Assembly: GCA_036276035.1 (NCBI GenBank)
Contig: DASUCM010000009.1
Span: forward strand, 1-62,521
DNA from: Candidatus Limnocylindria bacterium
GTDB lineage: Bacteria > Chloroflexota > Limnocylindria > P2-11E
Direction: 5' to 3'
DNA length: 62,521 nucleotides
How positions within the stretch are numbered: position 1 is the first letter of the stretch; every line of letters begins with the position of its first letter. Positions 25,975 to 36,255 of this stretch are shown in pieces. Both the position numbers and the translations under genes were made by a program. A model generated the notes under the pieces. The model searched no databases, was not told the origin of the DNA, and saw only the letters and a list, made by a program, of their open reading frames with translations.

Positions 25975-26960
25975 GCCGCGAGCAGGTCCTTCACGATCTC
26001 GCGCTCCTTCTCGAGCTCGGCGATCGTCGCGGCGATCTTCGCCTTGGCGAAGTCGTTCAGCGTGATGCCCTGGACGATCTCGAACGTGCCGTCCCCCCGC
26101 GACCGGGTCGGGAACGACGACACGATCCCTTTCGGCACCCCGTACGAGCCGTCGGAGACGACGGCGAGGCTCGCCCAGTCGTCACCGGGCGTCTTCTGCA
26201 CGAGGCTGCGCACGTGGTCGACGATCGCCTGCGCGGCGGAGAACGCGCTCGAGGCGCCGCGCGCCGCAATGACCGCGGCGCCGCGCTGCTGCACCGCGGG
26301 GATGAACTCGCCCTCGAGCCAGGCCTGATCCACCAGGTCCGTCGCCTTCTTGCCCGCGACGAGCGCGTTCGTGAAGTCGGGATAGAGCGTCGCGCTGTGG
26401 TTGCCCCAGATGGCGAGCTTCGTCACGTCGCGGACCCGCGCCTTCGCCTTCTGCGAGAGGAGCGAACGGGCGCGGTTCTGGTCGAGGCGGGTGAGCGCGG
26501 TCCAGCGGTCGTCGGGGACCTTTCCGCCGGCCGCGGTGCGGGCGATGAGGCAGTTCGTGTTGCAGGGGTTCCCGACCACGACGACGCGGACGTCCGACGA
26601 GCCGTGCTGCGCGACGGCCTTGCCCTCCTCGACGAAGATCGGCCCGTTCTTGCGGATGAGGTCGCCGCGCTCCATGCCCGGGCCGCGCGGCACGCTGCCG
26701 ACGAGGAGGACCCAGTCCGCGCCGGCGTGGCTCTCGGCGCGGTCGGCGCTCGCGCTGACGCGGGAGAGCAGCGGGTACGCGCCGTCCTCGAGCTCCATGA
26801 CGACGCCCTTCGCCTTCTCGATCATCGGCGGGATGTCCGCGAGGCGGAGGTCGACCTCGACGTCCGGGCCGAACATCTCGCCCGCCGCGATCCGCGGGAG
26901 GAGCGCGTAGGCGACCTGCCCCGTGGCGCCGGTCACGACGACGCGGACCGTTCTAGCCAA
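25971..26960 (-). CDS. mdh: malate dehydrogenase (LDH/MDH type-2 family)
   Basis: MARTVRVVVTGATGQVAYALLPRIAAGEMFG.. 329 aa, ..IWGNHS... Confidence 0.95.
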   Translation of the reverse strand: MARTVRVVVTGATGQVAYALLPRIAAGEMFGPDVEVDLRLADIPPMIEKAKGVVMELEDGAYPLLSRVSASADRAESHAGADWVLLVGSVPRGPGMERGDLIRKNGPIFVEEGKAVAQHGSSDVRVVVVGNPCNTNCLIARTAAGGKVPDDRWTALTRLDQNRARSLLSQKAKARVRDVTKLAIWGNHSATLYPDFTNALVAGKKATDLVDQAWLEGEFIPAVQQRGAAVIAARGASSAFSAAQAIVDHVRSLVQKTPGDDWASLAVVSDGSYGVPKGIVSSFPTRSRGDGTFEIVQGITLNDFAKAKIAATIAELEKEREIVKDLLAA

Positions 26961-27378
26961 GGGTGTCGTCCGCCCCGCCGTAGACAGCCTCGGCCTCGAT
27001 CTCCACGAGGATGCGCGGGTCGATGAAGTCCGCCTTCACGATCGTCGTCGCGGGGCGGATGTCGCGGAAGATCTCGCCGTGCAGCACGGCGACGCCCTCG
27101 ATGTTGGCGACCTCGCTCACGTACACGCGCGTCATGATGACGTCCGCGAACGAGGAGCCGTAGGCCTCGAGCGCCTCACGGATGATCTCGAGGGCCCGCC
27201 GGGTCTGCTCCACGATGCCGCCCTGCACGGGGACGCCGTTCGCGTCGAGCCCCGCGGTGCCCGCGACGCGGATGACGCTGCCGTGCCGGACCGCGCGCGA
27301 GTAGCCGAACTGGAACTCGAACTTCGTCTTCGTGCTGTGAAGCCAGCGCTTCGGGTTGTTCGGGTCGCGCTCAGGCAC
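26953..27378 (-). CDS. RidA/YjgF-family (Rid) protein
   Basis: 141 aa: ..VRVAGTAGLD.., ..DVIMTRVYV.., ..PATTIVKA.., ..VEIEAEA... Confidence 0.8.
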   Translation of the reverse strand: MPERDPNNPKRWLHSTKTKFEFQFGYSRAVRHGSVIRVAGTAGLDANGVPVQGGIVEQTRRALEIIREALEAYGSSFADVIMTRVYVSEVANIEGVAVLHGEIFRDIRPATTIVKADFIDPRILVEIEAEAVYGGADDTLG

Positions 27379-27405
27379 GGGGGGATCCTGCGCGGCGCCG
27401 CGGCA

Positions 27406-28491
27406 TCACGCCTGCATCCGCCGGATGACCGCGTCGGCGAACTCGCGCGTGCCGACCGCCGTCCGGTCGTCGCGGTCCGCCTTCAGGTCGTAGGTCACGT
27501 CCTTGCCCTCCCTCACGACGCCGGCGATCGCCCGCTCGAGCCGGTCGCCGGCCTCGCGCTCCCCGATGTGCCGCAGCATGAGCACGCCCGCGAGCATGAG
27601 CGCCATCGGGTTGACCTTGTTCTGCCCAGCGTACTTCGGCGCGGAGCCGTGGATCGCCTCAAAGACCGCGACCCCGTCCTCGCCGATGTTCGCGCCCGGC
27701 GCAACGCCGAGCCCGCCCGCCAGGCCGGCGACGAGGTCGCTCACGATGTCGCCGTAGAGGTTCGGCAGCACGAGGACGTCGTAGAGCTCCGGCTTCTGGA
27801 CGAGCTGCATGCACATGTTGTCGACGATGCGGTCCTCGTACGCGATCTCGGGGTACCCCTTCGCGACCTCGCCGCAGACGCGCAGGAAGAGCCCGTCCGC
27901 GAACTTCATGATGTTCGCCTTGTGGACCGCGGTGACCTTTTTACGCCCGTTCGCGCGCGCGTACTCGAACGCGAACTTCGCGATCCGGCGTGAGCCGAAC
28001 TCGCTGATGTACTTGATCGCGATCGCGGAGTCCTCGCGGATCTTCTTGCCCGAGGTCCGCTCGATCGCCGCGCGGACCTCCGCGAGCTCCTTCGTGCCGA
28101 GGTCGTACTCGATGCCCGCGTACAGGTCCTCGATGTTCTCGCGCACGACGACGAGGTCGATGTTCCCCATCGGCGCCTGCACGCCCTCGTACGTGCGCGC
28201 GGGCCGGAGGTTCGCGTAGAGGTCGAATTCCTTGCGGAGCGCGACGTTCACGGAGCGCATGCCGGTACCGAGCTCCGTGGTGAGCGGGCCCTTCAGCCCG
28301 ACCTTGTTGCGCCGGATCGAGTCGAGCGCCTCCTTCGGGAACGGATCACCGTGCTTCTCGATCGCGGGCAGGCCGATCTGCTGCTCGTCCCACGCGATGC
28401 GCACCCCGGTCGCGTCGATCGCCCGCTTCGTCGCGGCGACGATCTCGGGGCCGGTGCCGTCCCCCGGGATGAGCGTGATCGTGTGCGTCAA
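27406..28491 (-). CDS. icd: isocitrate dehydrogenase, NAD-IDH/isopropylmalate-dehydrogenase family
   Basis: ITLIPGDGTGPEIV.., SIRRNKVGLKGPLTT.., NLYGDIVSDL. It sits between aconitase and mdh. A homoisocitrate or isopropylmalate DH cannot be fully excluded. Confidence 0.8.
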   Translation of the reverse strand: MTHTITLIPGDGTGPEIVAATKRAIDATGVRIAWDEQQIGLPAIEKHGDPFPKEALDSIRRNKVGLKGPLTTELGTGMRSVNVALRKEFDLYANLRPARTYEGVQAPMGNIDLVVVRENIEDLYAGIEYDLGTKELAEVRAAIERTSGKKIREDSAIAIKYISEFGSRRIAKFAFEYARANGRKKVTAVHKANIMKFADGLFLRVCGEVAKGYPEIAYEDRIVDNMCMQLVQKPELYDVLVLPNLYGDIVSDLVAGLAGGLGVAPGANIGEDGVAVFEAIHGSAPKYAGQNKVNPMALMLAGVLMLRHIGEREAGDRLERAIAGVVREGKDVTYDLKADRDDRTAVGTREFADAVIRRMQA

Positions 28492-28518
28492 CGCGCGACC
28501 GTCACCGCGGCGTGTCGC

Positions 28519-30591
28519 TCATCTCGGGGTCTTGCCCGCTTCCTTCGCCGTCTTCACGGCGTCGTCCCCCGCGACCGGGAGGTTGAGGCTCTCGCGCGGC
28601 GAGCCCTGGTCGGCCGAGGCGCTCACCACGACACCCGCGGAGAGGTTCTCGCCGCCGGCCCGCAGCTCGGCGAGGAGCCCGCCGGCGAGCAGCGTCTTCG
28701 CCTCACCGGGCAGGAAGCTGACGCGGAGCGGGATCTCCTGCCCGCGGCCGGTGCGCGCGATGACGACCTCGTCGGTCTTGTTCGACTCGAGCGCCGCGCG
28801 CAGGCCGTCGATGGTCAGCGTGTCGCCCTGCTCGATCTTCGCGAGGTCCCCCTCGTGCTGGAACGTGAGCGGCGGCAGGCCCTGCGCGATGAGGTTGCGG
28901 CGGTGGATGCGGGCGAAGGACTGCGCGATGACCGCCTTGATGCCGAGCGCCTTCGGCGCGAGCGCGGCGTGCTCGCGGCTCGAGCCCTGGCCGTAGTTCT
29001 GGCCGGCCACGACGAACCCGCCGCCCCTCTCGCGGGCGCGCGCCGGGAACTTCGGGTCGAAGCGCCGGAAGGTGAACTCCGCGATCGCGTTCACATTGGA
29101 CCGGAGCGCCATGACGACGGCGCCGTCCGGCGAGAGGTCGCCGGTCGACACGTTGTCGCCGAGCTTGATGATGACCTCGCCCTGGAGCGTGCTCGGCAGG
29201 GGGATCTGGCGCGGCGGCGGCTGGATGTTCGGGCCCTTCACGACGCGGACCATCCGCGCCTCGTGCTCCGGGAGCGGCACGAGGATGTTCGAGTCGTCGA
29301 CGGCGGGGTTCATCGCCGGGACCTGGAAGGTCGGCTCCTCGCCGAGGTCGCGCGGGTCGGTGATGACGCCGCGCAGCGCGGTCGCGGCCGCGGTCGTCGG
29401 GCTGCAGAGATACACCTGGTCGTCGTCGGTGCCGCTGCGCCCCGGGAAGTTGCGGTTGAAGGTCCGGACCGAGACGCTCCCGGTCGGCGGTGCCTGGCCC
29501 ATGCCGACGCAGGGACCACATGCGGGCTCGAGCATGCGCGCGCCGGCGGCGATGAGCGCCTGGTACGCGCCGCCGCCCGCGAGCATGTCGAGGATCTGCT
29601 TCGAGCCGGGCGTCACGGTCATGAAGACCTCGCGGTCGATCGTCTTCCCCTTCAGGACCTGCGCCACGATGGCGAGGTCGTCGTACCCGGAGTTCACCGA
29701 CGAGCCGACGCAGACCTGCTGCACCTTCGTTCCCGCGACCTCCCGGACGGGAACGACATTCCCCGGGCTCGACGGCTTCGCGATGAGCGGCTCGAGCTTC
29801 GCGAGGTCGATCTCCTCGCGCTCGTCGTACGACGCGCCGGGGTCGGCCGCGAGCGCCACGAAGTCGCCCGCGCGACGCTGCTTCGTGAGCCAGTCCTGCG
29901 TCTGCCGGTCGCTGGGGAAGATCCCGGTGGTCGCGCCGAGCTCCGCGATCATGTTGCAGATCGTCCCGCGCTGCGGGACGTTCAGCGTCTCGACGCCGGG
30001 GCCGGTGAACTCGAAGATCCGGCCGACGCCGCCCTTCACGTCGCGGCGGCGGAGCAGCTCCAGGATGATGTCCTTTGCCTGCACCCAGGGCCCCAGCCTG
30101 TTCGTGAGACGGACCTCCACGACCTTCGGCATCGCCATGACGAAGGGATGGCCGGCCAGCGCGACAGCGACGTCGAGGCCACCCGCGCCGATCGCGATCA
30201 TCGAGACGGAGCCGGCCATGACGGTGTGGCTGTCCGCGCCGAGAAGGACCTGACCGGGCTTCGCGAAGCGCTCCATGTGCAGGTAGTGGCAGATGCCCGT
30301 GCCCGGACGCGAGAAGTGGAGGCCGACACGCATCGCCGACGAGCGCAAGAACATGTGGTCGTCGGGGTTCTTGAAGTCGATCGCGAGGATGTTGTGGTCC
30401 ACGTACACGATGCCGAACGGGATCTTGATGCGGTCGACGCCGAGCTCCTCGAGCTGCAGGAGGGCCATCGTCCCGGTCGTGTCCTGAAGGAGCCCCTGAT
30501 CGACGGTGAGGGCGATCTCCGTGCCCGGCTTGAGGTCGCCGTCGGCAAGGTGCGACGAGATGATCTTCTGGGTCAGGTTCAGGCCGGGCAT
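28519..30591 (-). CDS. acn: aconitate hydratase, short (about 690 aa) form
   Basis: ATG 30591: MPGLNLTQKIISSHL... Cluster-ligand region ..ACGPCVGMG... C-terminal swivel ..NYGQGSSREHAALAP... The upstream 120 codons of the track ORF look like junk. Confidence 0.9.
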   Translation of the reverse strand: MPGLNLTQKIISSHLADGDLKPGTEIALTVDQGLLQDTTGTMALLQLEELGVDRIKIPFGIVYVDHNILAIDFKNPDDHMFLRSSAMRVGLHFSRPGTGICHYLHMERFAKPGQVLLGADSHTVMAGSVSMIAIGAGGLDVAVALAGHPFVMAMPKVVEVRLTNRLGPWVQAKDIILELLRRRDVKGGVGRIFEFTGPGVETLNVPQRGTICNMIAELGATTGIFPSDRQTQDWLTKQRRAGDFVALAADPGASYDEREEIDLAKLEPLIAKPSSPGNVVPVREVAGTKVQQVCVGSSVNSGYDDLAIVAQVLKGKTIDREVFMTVTPGSKQILDMLAGGGAYQALIAAGARMLEPACGPCVGMGQAPPTGSVSVRTFNRNFPGRSGTDDDQVYLCSPTTAAATALRGVITDPRDLGEEPTFQVPAMNPAVDDSNILVPLPEHEARMVRVVKGPNIQPPPRQIPLPSTLQGEVIIKLGDNVSTGDLSPDGAVVMALRSNVNAIAEFTFRRFDPKFPARARERGGGFVVAGQNYGQGSSREHAALAPKALGIKAVIAQSFARIHRRNLIAQGLPPLTFQHEGDLAKIEQGDTLTIDGLRAALESNKTDEVVIARTGRGQEIPLRVSFLPGEAKTLLAGGLLAELRAGGENLSAGVVVSASADQGSPRESLNLPVAGDDAVKTAKEAGKTPR

Positions 30592-30691
30592 GTGGTGCCT
30601 CCTCGGGAGCTTCGAAAAGGAGCGGCTCGGGACGAATCTTAGGCTCGGCGGACGACCTCTGCCTGCGGCCTCCGTCGGGGACAATGCGGCG

Positions 30692-31771
30692 ATGACCACG
30701 CGCGGCGCGACCGTGGAGTTCCGCGACGTCACGAAGCGGTACGCGCGCGCCGCGGACGCGTCCCGCGCGGTGAACGGGCTCTCGCTCACGGTGGGCGCGG
30801 GCGAGATCTGCGTCCTCGTCGGGCCGTCCGGCTGCGGCAAGACGACGACGCTGAAGATGGCGAACCGCCTCATCGAGCCGACCTCGGGGGAGATCCTCAT
30901 CGACGGCCGGAACGTGCTGAGCGGGGACCCGGTCGCGCTCCGCCGGCGCATCGGCTACGTCATCCAGCAGGTGGGGCTCTTCCCGCACCGGACGATCGCC
31001 GAGAACGTCGCGACCGTGCCCGAGCTGCTCGGGTGGCCGGCTGCCCGGGTGCGCGACCGCGTGGGGGAGCTCATGGAGCTCGTCGGGCTGGACCCCTCGT
31101 ACGCGGGGCGCTACCCCGCGCAGCTGTCCGGCGGGGAGCGCCAGCGCGCCGGTGTCGCGCGCGCGCTCGCCGCGGAGCCGCCGCTGATGCTGATGGACGA
31201 GCCCTTCGGTGCCGTCGACCCGATCGTGCGCGAGCGTCTGCAGGACGAGTTCCTCCGGATCCACCGGGCGCTCGGGATGACGGTCCTGTTCGTCACGCAC
31301 GACATCGACGAGGCGATCAAGATGGGCGACCGCGTCGCGGTCATGCGCGCCGGCGCGCTCGTCCAGTACGCGCCCCCCGCGGAGCTCCTGACCCGGCCCG
31401 CGGACGAGTTCGTCGCCCGTTTCGTCGGCGCGGACCGTGGCCTGAAGCGCCTCGCGCTCATCTCGTGCGGCGAGCTCACGCTCCGCGAGCCGCCGACCGC
31501 GCGGGCCGCGGACACGATCGCGCGAGGCGTGGGCTTCGTGCTGCTCGTCGACGGCGAGCGACGGCCCGTCGGCTGGGTGAACCGCGCGCGGCCAGAGCTG
31601 GGCGCGGATCCCTCCTCGCCGCTGGTGACGCGCGAGACGCGCGTGAAGGACGCGCTGTCCGCGCTCCTCGCGGCGGGGGTCGCGACCGCGCTCGTCGTCG
31701 ACGAAGACCGCCGCCTCCTCGGGACCATCGCACTGGACGACATCACGCACCTGCTCGCGGAGCGGGCGTGA
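30692..31771 (+). CDS. glycine betaine/choline-type ABC transporter ATP-binding protein with CBS pair
   Basis: GPSGCGKTT, LSGGERQR, LMDEPFGAVD. C-terminal CBS-like repeats. Confidence 0.9.
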   Translation: MTTRGATVEFRDVTKRYARAADASRAVNGLSLTVGAGEICVLVGPSGCGKTTTLKMANRLIEPTSGEILIDGRNVLSGDPVALRRRIGYVIQQVGLFPHRTIAENVATVPELLGWPAARVRDRVGELMELVGLDPSYAGRYPAQLSGGERQRAGVARALAAEPPLMLMDEPFGAVDPIVRERLQDEFLRIHRALGMTVLFVTHDIDEAIKMGDRVAVMRAGALVQYAPPAELLTRPADEFVARFVGADRGLKRLALISCGELTLREPPTARAADTIARGVGFVLLVDGERRPVGWVNRARPELGADPSSPLVTRETRVKDALSALLAAGVATALVVDEDRRLLGTIALDDITHLLAERA

Positions 31772-32421
31772 GCGCGGACGAGCCGCTCGTGCGCTGGGAC
31801 TGGATCGCGGGCCACCTCGACGAGGTCGCGCTCCGCGTGGGTGAGCACCTCCTGCTCACCGTGGTCGCGGTCTCCGTCGGCTTCGTCATCGCGTTCGCGA
31901 TCGCGCTCGCGTCACTCCGCTGGCCGCGGGCCTACGGCCCGGCGACGTGGGCGGCCGGGATCCTCTACACGATCCCGAGCCTTGCGCTCTTCGCGCTGCT
32001 CATCCCCTTCACCGGCCTCACCCTCCTCACTGCCGAGATCGGCCTCGTCGGCTACACGCTGCTCATCCTCCTGCGGAACATCGTCGCCGGCATCCGTGCC
32101 GTCCCCGCTGACGCGACCGAGGCCGCGGCCGGCATGGGCTACACCGGCGCGCAGACGCTGTGGCGCGTGCAGCTCCCGCTCGCGCTGCCGGTCATCGTCG
32201 CCGGCATCCGCGTCGCGACGATCACGACGATCGGCCTCGTCACCGTGACCGCGCTCATCGGCCAGGGCGGGCTCGGCTACTTCATCCTGCTCGGCATCCA
32301 ACGGTTCTTCAGCACGCCGCTGCTGCTCGGCGCGTTCCTCTCGGTCGCGCTCGCGATCGCCGCCGACGCGCTCCTCGTGCTCGCGCAGCGAGCGCTCACG
32401 CCGTGGGCGCGGGCGCGCTGA
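31768..32421 (+). CDS. ABC transporter permease (OpuC/OpuB type)
   Basis: GTGA overlap with the ATPase gene. EAA-like loop ..EAAAGMGYTGAQTLWRVQLPLALP... Confidence 0.85.
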   Translation: MSADEPLVRWDWIAGHLDEVALRVGEHLLLTVVAVSVGFVIAFAIALASLRWPRAYGPATWAAGILYTIPSLALFALLIPFTGLTLLTAEIGLVGYTLLILLRNIVAGIRAVPADATEAAAGMGYTGAQTLWRVQLPLALPVIVAGIRVATITTIGLVTVTALIGQGGLGYFILLGIQRFFSTPLLLGAFLSVALAIAADALLVLAQRALTPWARAR

Positions 32422-32428
32422 CGGCGTA

Positions 32429-33109
32429 GTGGACTTCCTCGCGTCCGTCGTCGCGTGGTTCGCCGACCCGCAGCACTGGCGCGGCGACGACGGTATCCCG
32501 ACGCGGGTATGGGAGCACGTGCAGCTCTCTGGCGTGTCGGTCGCGATCGCCGCGGTCATCGCGCTGCCGCTCGGCCTCTACCTCGGCCACACCGGACGGG
32601 GCGGCTTCGTCGCGATCAACGTCGCGAACATCGGGCGCGCCCTGCCATCGCTTGCGCTCATCGCGCTCGGCCTCGTGGCGAGCATCGCGCTCGGGCTCGG
32701 TCTCGGGTTCTGGCCGACCTTGTTCGCGCTCGTGCCGCTCGCGCTCCCGCCGATCCTCACGAACACGTACGTCGCCATGCGTGGCGTCGACGCGGACACG
32801 ATCGAGGCCGCCCGGGGCATGGGTCTGCGCGAGGCGCAGGTGCTCCGGCAGGTGGAGCTGCCCCTCGCGCTGCCGCTCATTCTCGGCGGGTTGCGGACGG
32901 CGGCCGTGAACGTCGTCGCGACGGCGACCCTGGGGGCGCTCGTCGCCGGCGGAGCGCTCGGCCGGTACATCGTCGACGGCCTCGCGCTCCAGGAGTTCGA
33001 CCGCCTCTTCGCCGGGGCGCTCCTCGTCGCGCTCCTCGCCATCGTCACGGAGGCGACGTTCGGGATTTTGGCGCGCGCGGCGCGTTACTCTGGCAGCGCG
33101 GCCGAGTGA
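32429..33109 (+). CDS. ABC transporter permease (second subunit)
   Basis: ..EAARGMGLREAQVLRQVELPLALP... 226 aa. Confidence 0.85.
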   Translation: MDFLASVVAWFADPQHWRGDDGIPTRVWEHVQLSGVSVAIAAVIALPLGLYLGHTGRGGFVAINVANIGRALPSLALIALGLVASIALGLGLGFWPTLFALVPLALPPILTNTYVAMRGVDADTIEAARGMGLREAQVLRQVELPLALPLILGGLRTAAVNVVATATLGALVAGGALGRYIVDGLALQEFDRLFAGALLVALLAIVTEATFGILARAARYSGSAAE

Positions 33110-33168
33110 GCGCGAAAGCCTCGCGGCCGGTACTGGTGTCCAGAGGTCCCCGGAGAAGGAGAGTCGTC

Positions 33169-34068
33169 ATGCGCCGCTTCCTCCCGACGCTCGTGATCCT
33201 CGCGTTCCTCGTCTCGGCCTGCGGCGGAGGAGGCGCCCCGAGCGGCATGACCACGATCCGCATCGGCTCGACGAACTTCACCGAGCAGCTCATCGTGGGT
33301 GAGCTGTACGCGCAGGTCCTCGAGGCGAACGGCTACAAGGTCGAACGCAAGTTCAACCTCGGCGCGCGCGAGGTCGTCGTGCCGGCCCTCGAGTCCGGCC
33401 AGATCGATCTCGAGGTCGACTACCTCGCGACGCTGCTCGCGTTCCTCGACAAGAACGCGACCGGCTCGACCGACGCGGCGACGACGGCGAAGACGCTCGA
33501 CGAGAAGCTCCGGGCGAGGAACCTCGTCCAGTTCGACTTCGCGCCGGCCGTCGACCAGAACGGCATCGTCGTCACGAAGGAGACCGCGACGCGTCTGAGC
33601 CTCAAGAAGATCAGCGACCTCGCTCCGGTCGCGAAGGACCTCACCTTCGGCGGTCCGCCCGAGTGCCCGAACCGCGAGTTCTGCGCCCTCGGCCTCGAGA
33701 AGGTGTACGGCATCAAGTTCAAGACGTTCCGTCCGCTCGACGTCGGCGGCCCGCTCACCGTCACCGCGCTCGAGGGGAAGCAGATCGACGTGGCGCTGCT
33801 CTTCACCAGCGACGCCGTCATCGCCGTGAAGGGCTTCGTGCTCCTCGAGGACGACAAGAAGCTCCAGCTCTCCGACAACATCGTCCCGATCGTGCGCAAG
33901 GACGTCGCGGACAAGGGCGGCAGCGACCTGCGGACCCGCGTGAACGAGGTGAGCAGGAAGCTGACGACGGCGGAGCTCACCGAGCTGAACAAGCAGGTGG
34001 GCGTCGACAAGAAGGATCCGAAGGACGTCGCGCGGGAGTGGCTGAAGAAACAGGGCCTGCTGAGATAG
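33169..34068 (+). CDS. compatible-solute ABC transporter substrate-binding lipoprotein
   Basis: ATG 33169 preceded by GGAGAAGGAG. MRRFLPTLVILAFLVSACGGG lipobox. ..IGSTNFTEQLIVGELYAQVLE.. typical of OpuCC/OsmX-like binders. Confidence 0.85.
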   Translation: MRRFLPTLVILAFLVSACGGGGAPSGMTTIRIGSTNFTEQLIVGELYAQVLEANGYKVERKFNLGAREVVVPALESGQIDLEVDYLATLLAFLDKNATGSTDAATTAKTLDEKLRARNLVQFDFAPAVDQNGIVVTKETATRLSLKKISDLAPVAKDLTFGGPPECPNREFCALGLEKVYGIKFKTFRPLDVGGPLTVTALEGKQIDVALLFTSDAVIAVKGFVLLEDDKKLQLSDNIVPIVRKDVADKGGSDLRTRVNEVSRKLTTAELTELNKQVGVDKKDPKDVAREWLKKQGLLR

Positions 34069-34478
34069 GCGAGCGTCCCGCGGTCCGGGGCCCGCTCGGC
34101 GGACCTGTCGCCGCCGGGGTCGCCGTCGCCTCGTGGGGCACGTTCGAGAGCGAGGTGTTCGCGGTCCTCGAGGACGGGCAGGTCTGGAACCGGTACTGGG
34201 ACGGCGCTTCGTGGCACGACTGGAAGCCGATGGGCGGCACGTTCACCGGCACGCCCGCGGCGTCCGCGCGCGATGCCGACCGGATCGACGTGCTCGCGAT
34301 CGGTGTGGACGGTGTGCTCCGCCATCGGTGGTGGGACGGCGCCGTGTGGGTGCCCTGGCGTGAGCTCGAGGGAGCGTCCTCTGACGCCGCGACCGTGTCG
34401 TGCTCGTGGGTCGGCGGCGAGCTGCGGATCTTCATCGTCGATGCGGCCGCCATGGTGTGGTGCGTCATCCGGCGCTGA
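34069..34478 (+). CDS. Trp-rich beta-propeller-repeat (DUF346/tectonin-like) fragment; start undefined
   Basis: About 2.5 repeats (ASWG..VFAVLEDGQVWNRYWDGASWHDWKPMGG / ..IDVLAIGVDGVLRHRWWDGAVWVPWRELEG / ..CSWVGGELRIFIV..). The first canonical in-frame start (GTG 34155) lies inside repeat 1. Confidence 0.3.
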
Positions 34479-34506
34479 GCCCGCTCCGGACTACCATCGC
34501 GACAAG

Positions 34507-36255
34507 ATGACGGAGCCCGCCGAGCTCGAGGCCCAGCGCAAGGCCAGGGCAGCCGCCGCGATGCCCGCGGCCCTCGCTGAGAAGATGCGCACCGACCGCG
34601 CGGCGGGTGAGCGGCGACCGGTGACGGTCCTCTTCGCCGATGTCGTCGGTTCGACGACGCTCGTCGAGAGCATGGACCCCGAGGACTGGACCGAGATCGT
34701 GAACGAGGCCTTTGACGCGATGTCGACCGCGATCTATCGCTACGAGGGGACGATCGCGAGGCTGATGGGCGACGCGGTCCTTGCCTTCTTCGGCGCGCCC
34801 GTCGCGCACGAGGACGATCCGCAGCGGGCCGTCCGCGCGGCGCTCGACATGATCCACACGATCGACGCGAAGCTCCGTCCGCGGGTCCAGGTGGAGCACG
34901 GCTCGGACTTCCGGATCCGCGCCGGGATCAACACGGGCGAGGTCGTGGTCGGGGTCGTCGGGAGCGACCTCGCGTACGAGTACACGGCCATGGGGGACGC
35001 GGTGAACGTGGCGTCGCGCATCCACTCGGCGGCAGATCCGGGCACCCTGCTCGTCACGGCCGCGACGTACCAGCTCGTCGCGCCGGTCGTCGACGCGGTG
35101 GATCGCGGCGAGCTCGACGTCAAGGGCAAGTCGGGTCCGGTCCGGCTGTACGAGATACGCGGACTTCGTGCCGTGCCCGGGGCGACCCGCGGTCTTGCGG
35201 GACGCCAGAGCGCGCTCGTCGGCCGGGACGACGAGCTCGCGCGTCTCGAGGAGGCCTTCGAGCCGGTGCGCGCGGGACAGGGCCGCGTCGCGTGCCTGAT
35301 CGGCGATGCCGGCCTCGGGAAGAGCCGGCTCATCGCGGAGTTCGCGGAGAGCGCGAGGGCGCGCGCGCAGTCGGACGTCATCTGGGCACGCGGTCAGTGC
35401 CTGTCCTACGGACAGGGCATCCCCTACCACCTGGTCATCGACCTCCTGCGCTCGCTCGTCGGCGTCGGCGCGACCGCCGACGAGTCGGAGTTCGCGTCAG
35501 CGCTCGAGCGCCGTACAAAGGAGCTGCTCGGCGACGCCTGGGCGGACACGTATGCCTACCTCGCGCACATGTGCGGGCTGCCGCTCGCTCCGGAGCTCGC
35601 GTCGCGGATGACGCGCGTCGATTTCGAGGTGCTGAAGCGGTACGTCTCGGCCCTCCACCAGCTGGTGCAGGCGATGGCGACCGCGCGCGGGTCGTGCGCC
35701 GTCGTGCTCGTGTGCGAGGACGTCCACTGGGCTGACGCGTCGTCGGTGGACGTCATCTACCAGGCCATGCCGCTCGCGAACGAGCTCCCCCTCATGTGGC
35801 TCGTCACGTCCCGCCCGGAGCGCGCGGCGACGGGCTGGCGCCTGATCACTGCCGCCCGCGACATCTTCGGCGACGCTCTCGTCGAGCTCCGGCTGTCGCC
35901 GCTGTCGAACGAGTCCACGCGGAGGCTGGTGGCGAACCTGCTCGAGATCGAGTCCCTGCCGGATGCGGTGCGCGACGTCATCCTCGCGAAGGCCGAGGGC
36001 AACCCGTTCTTCGTGGAGGAGGTCATCCGGATGCTCATCGACCGCGGCGCGATCGTGGAGCGCGACGGGCGCTGGGTCGCCACGGGCGAGATCGGGGACG
36101 TCGAGATCCCCGGCACGCTCCAGGGCCTGCTCCTGGCGCGCATCGACCGGCTCCCGCCGAGCGCGCGGCGCACGATCCGGACGGCGTCGGTCATCGGACG
36201 CCGGTTCCCGCTCCGCGTGCTGGAGCGGCTCATCGACGCGGCGGCGAAGCCGTGA
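34507..36255 (+). CDS. class III adenylate/guanylate cyclase fused to an AAA/STAND ATPase (N-terminal part of a split protein)
   Basis: VTVLFADVVGSTTLV..RLMGDAVLAFFG..EYTAMGDAVNVASR. Walker A GDAGLGKSRL. It ends at TGA 36253-36255, in the middle of what is normally one polypeptide. Confidence 0.85.
   Translation: MTEPAELEAQRKARAAAAMPAALAEKMRTDRAAGERRPVTVLFADVVGSTTLVESMDPEDWTEIVNEAFDAMSTAIYRYEGTIARLMGDAVLAFFGAPVAHEDDPQRAVRAALDMIHTIDAKLRPRVQVEHGSDFRIRAGINTGEVVVGVVGSDLAYEYTAMGDAVNVASRIHSAADPGTLLVTAATYQLVAPVVDAVDRGELDVKGKSGPVRLYEIRGLRAVPGATRGLAGRQSALVGRDDELARLEEAFEPVRAGQGRVACLIGDAGLGKSRLIAEFAESARARAQSDVIWARGQCLSYGQGIPYHLVIDLLRSLVGVGATADESEFASALERRTKELLGDAWADTYAYLAHMCGLPLAPELASRMTRVDFEVLKRYVSALHQLVQAMATARGSCAVVLVCEDVHWADASSVDVIYQAMPLANELPLMWLVTSRPERAATGWRLITAARDIFGDALVELRLSPLSNESTRRLVANLLEIESLPDAVRDVILAKAEGNPFFVEEVIRMLIDRGAIVERDGRWVATGEIGDVEIPGTLQGLLLARIDRLPPSARRTIRTASVIGRRFPLRVLERLIDAAAKP

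Noticed and set aside
28351-31750. 763-aa (+) and 1015-aa (-) ORFs overlapping the aconitase and opu ATPase genes
   Set aside because: They are out of frame or antisense to recognisable aconitase and ABC ATPase sequences, and have Arg-rich composition.
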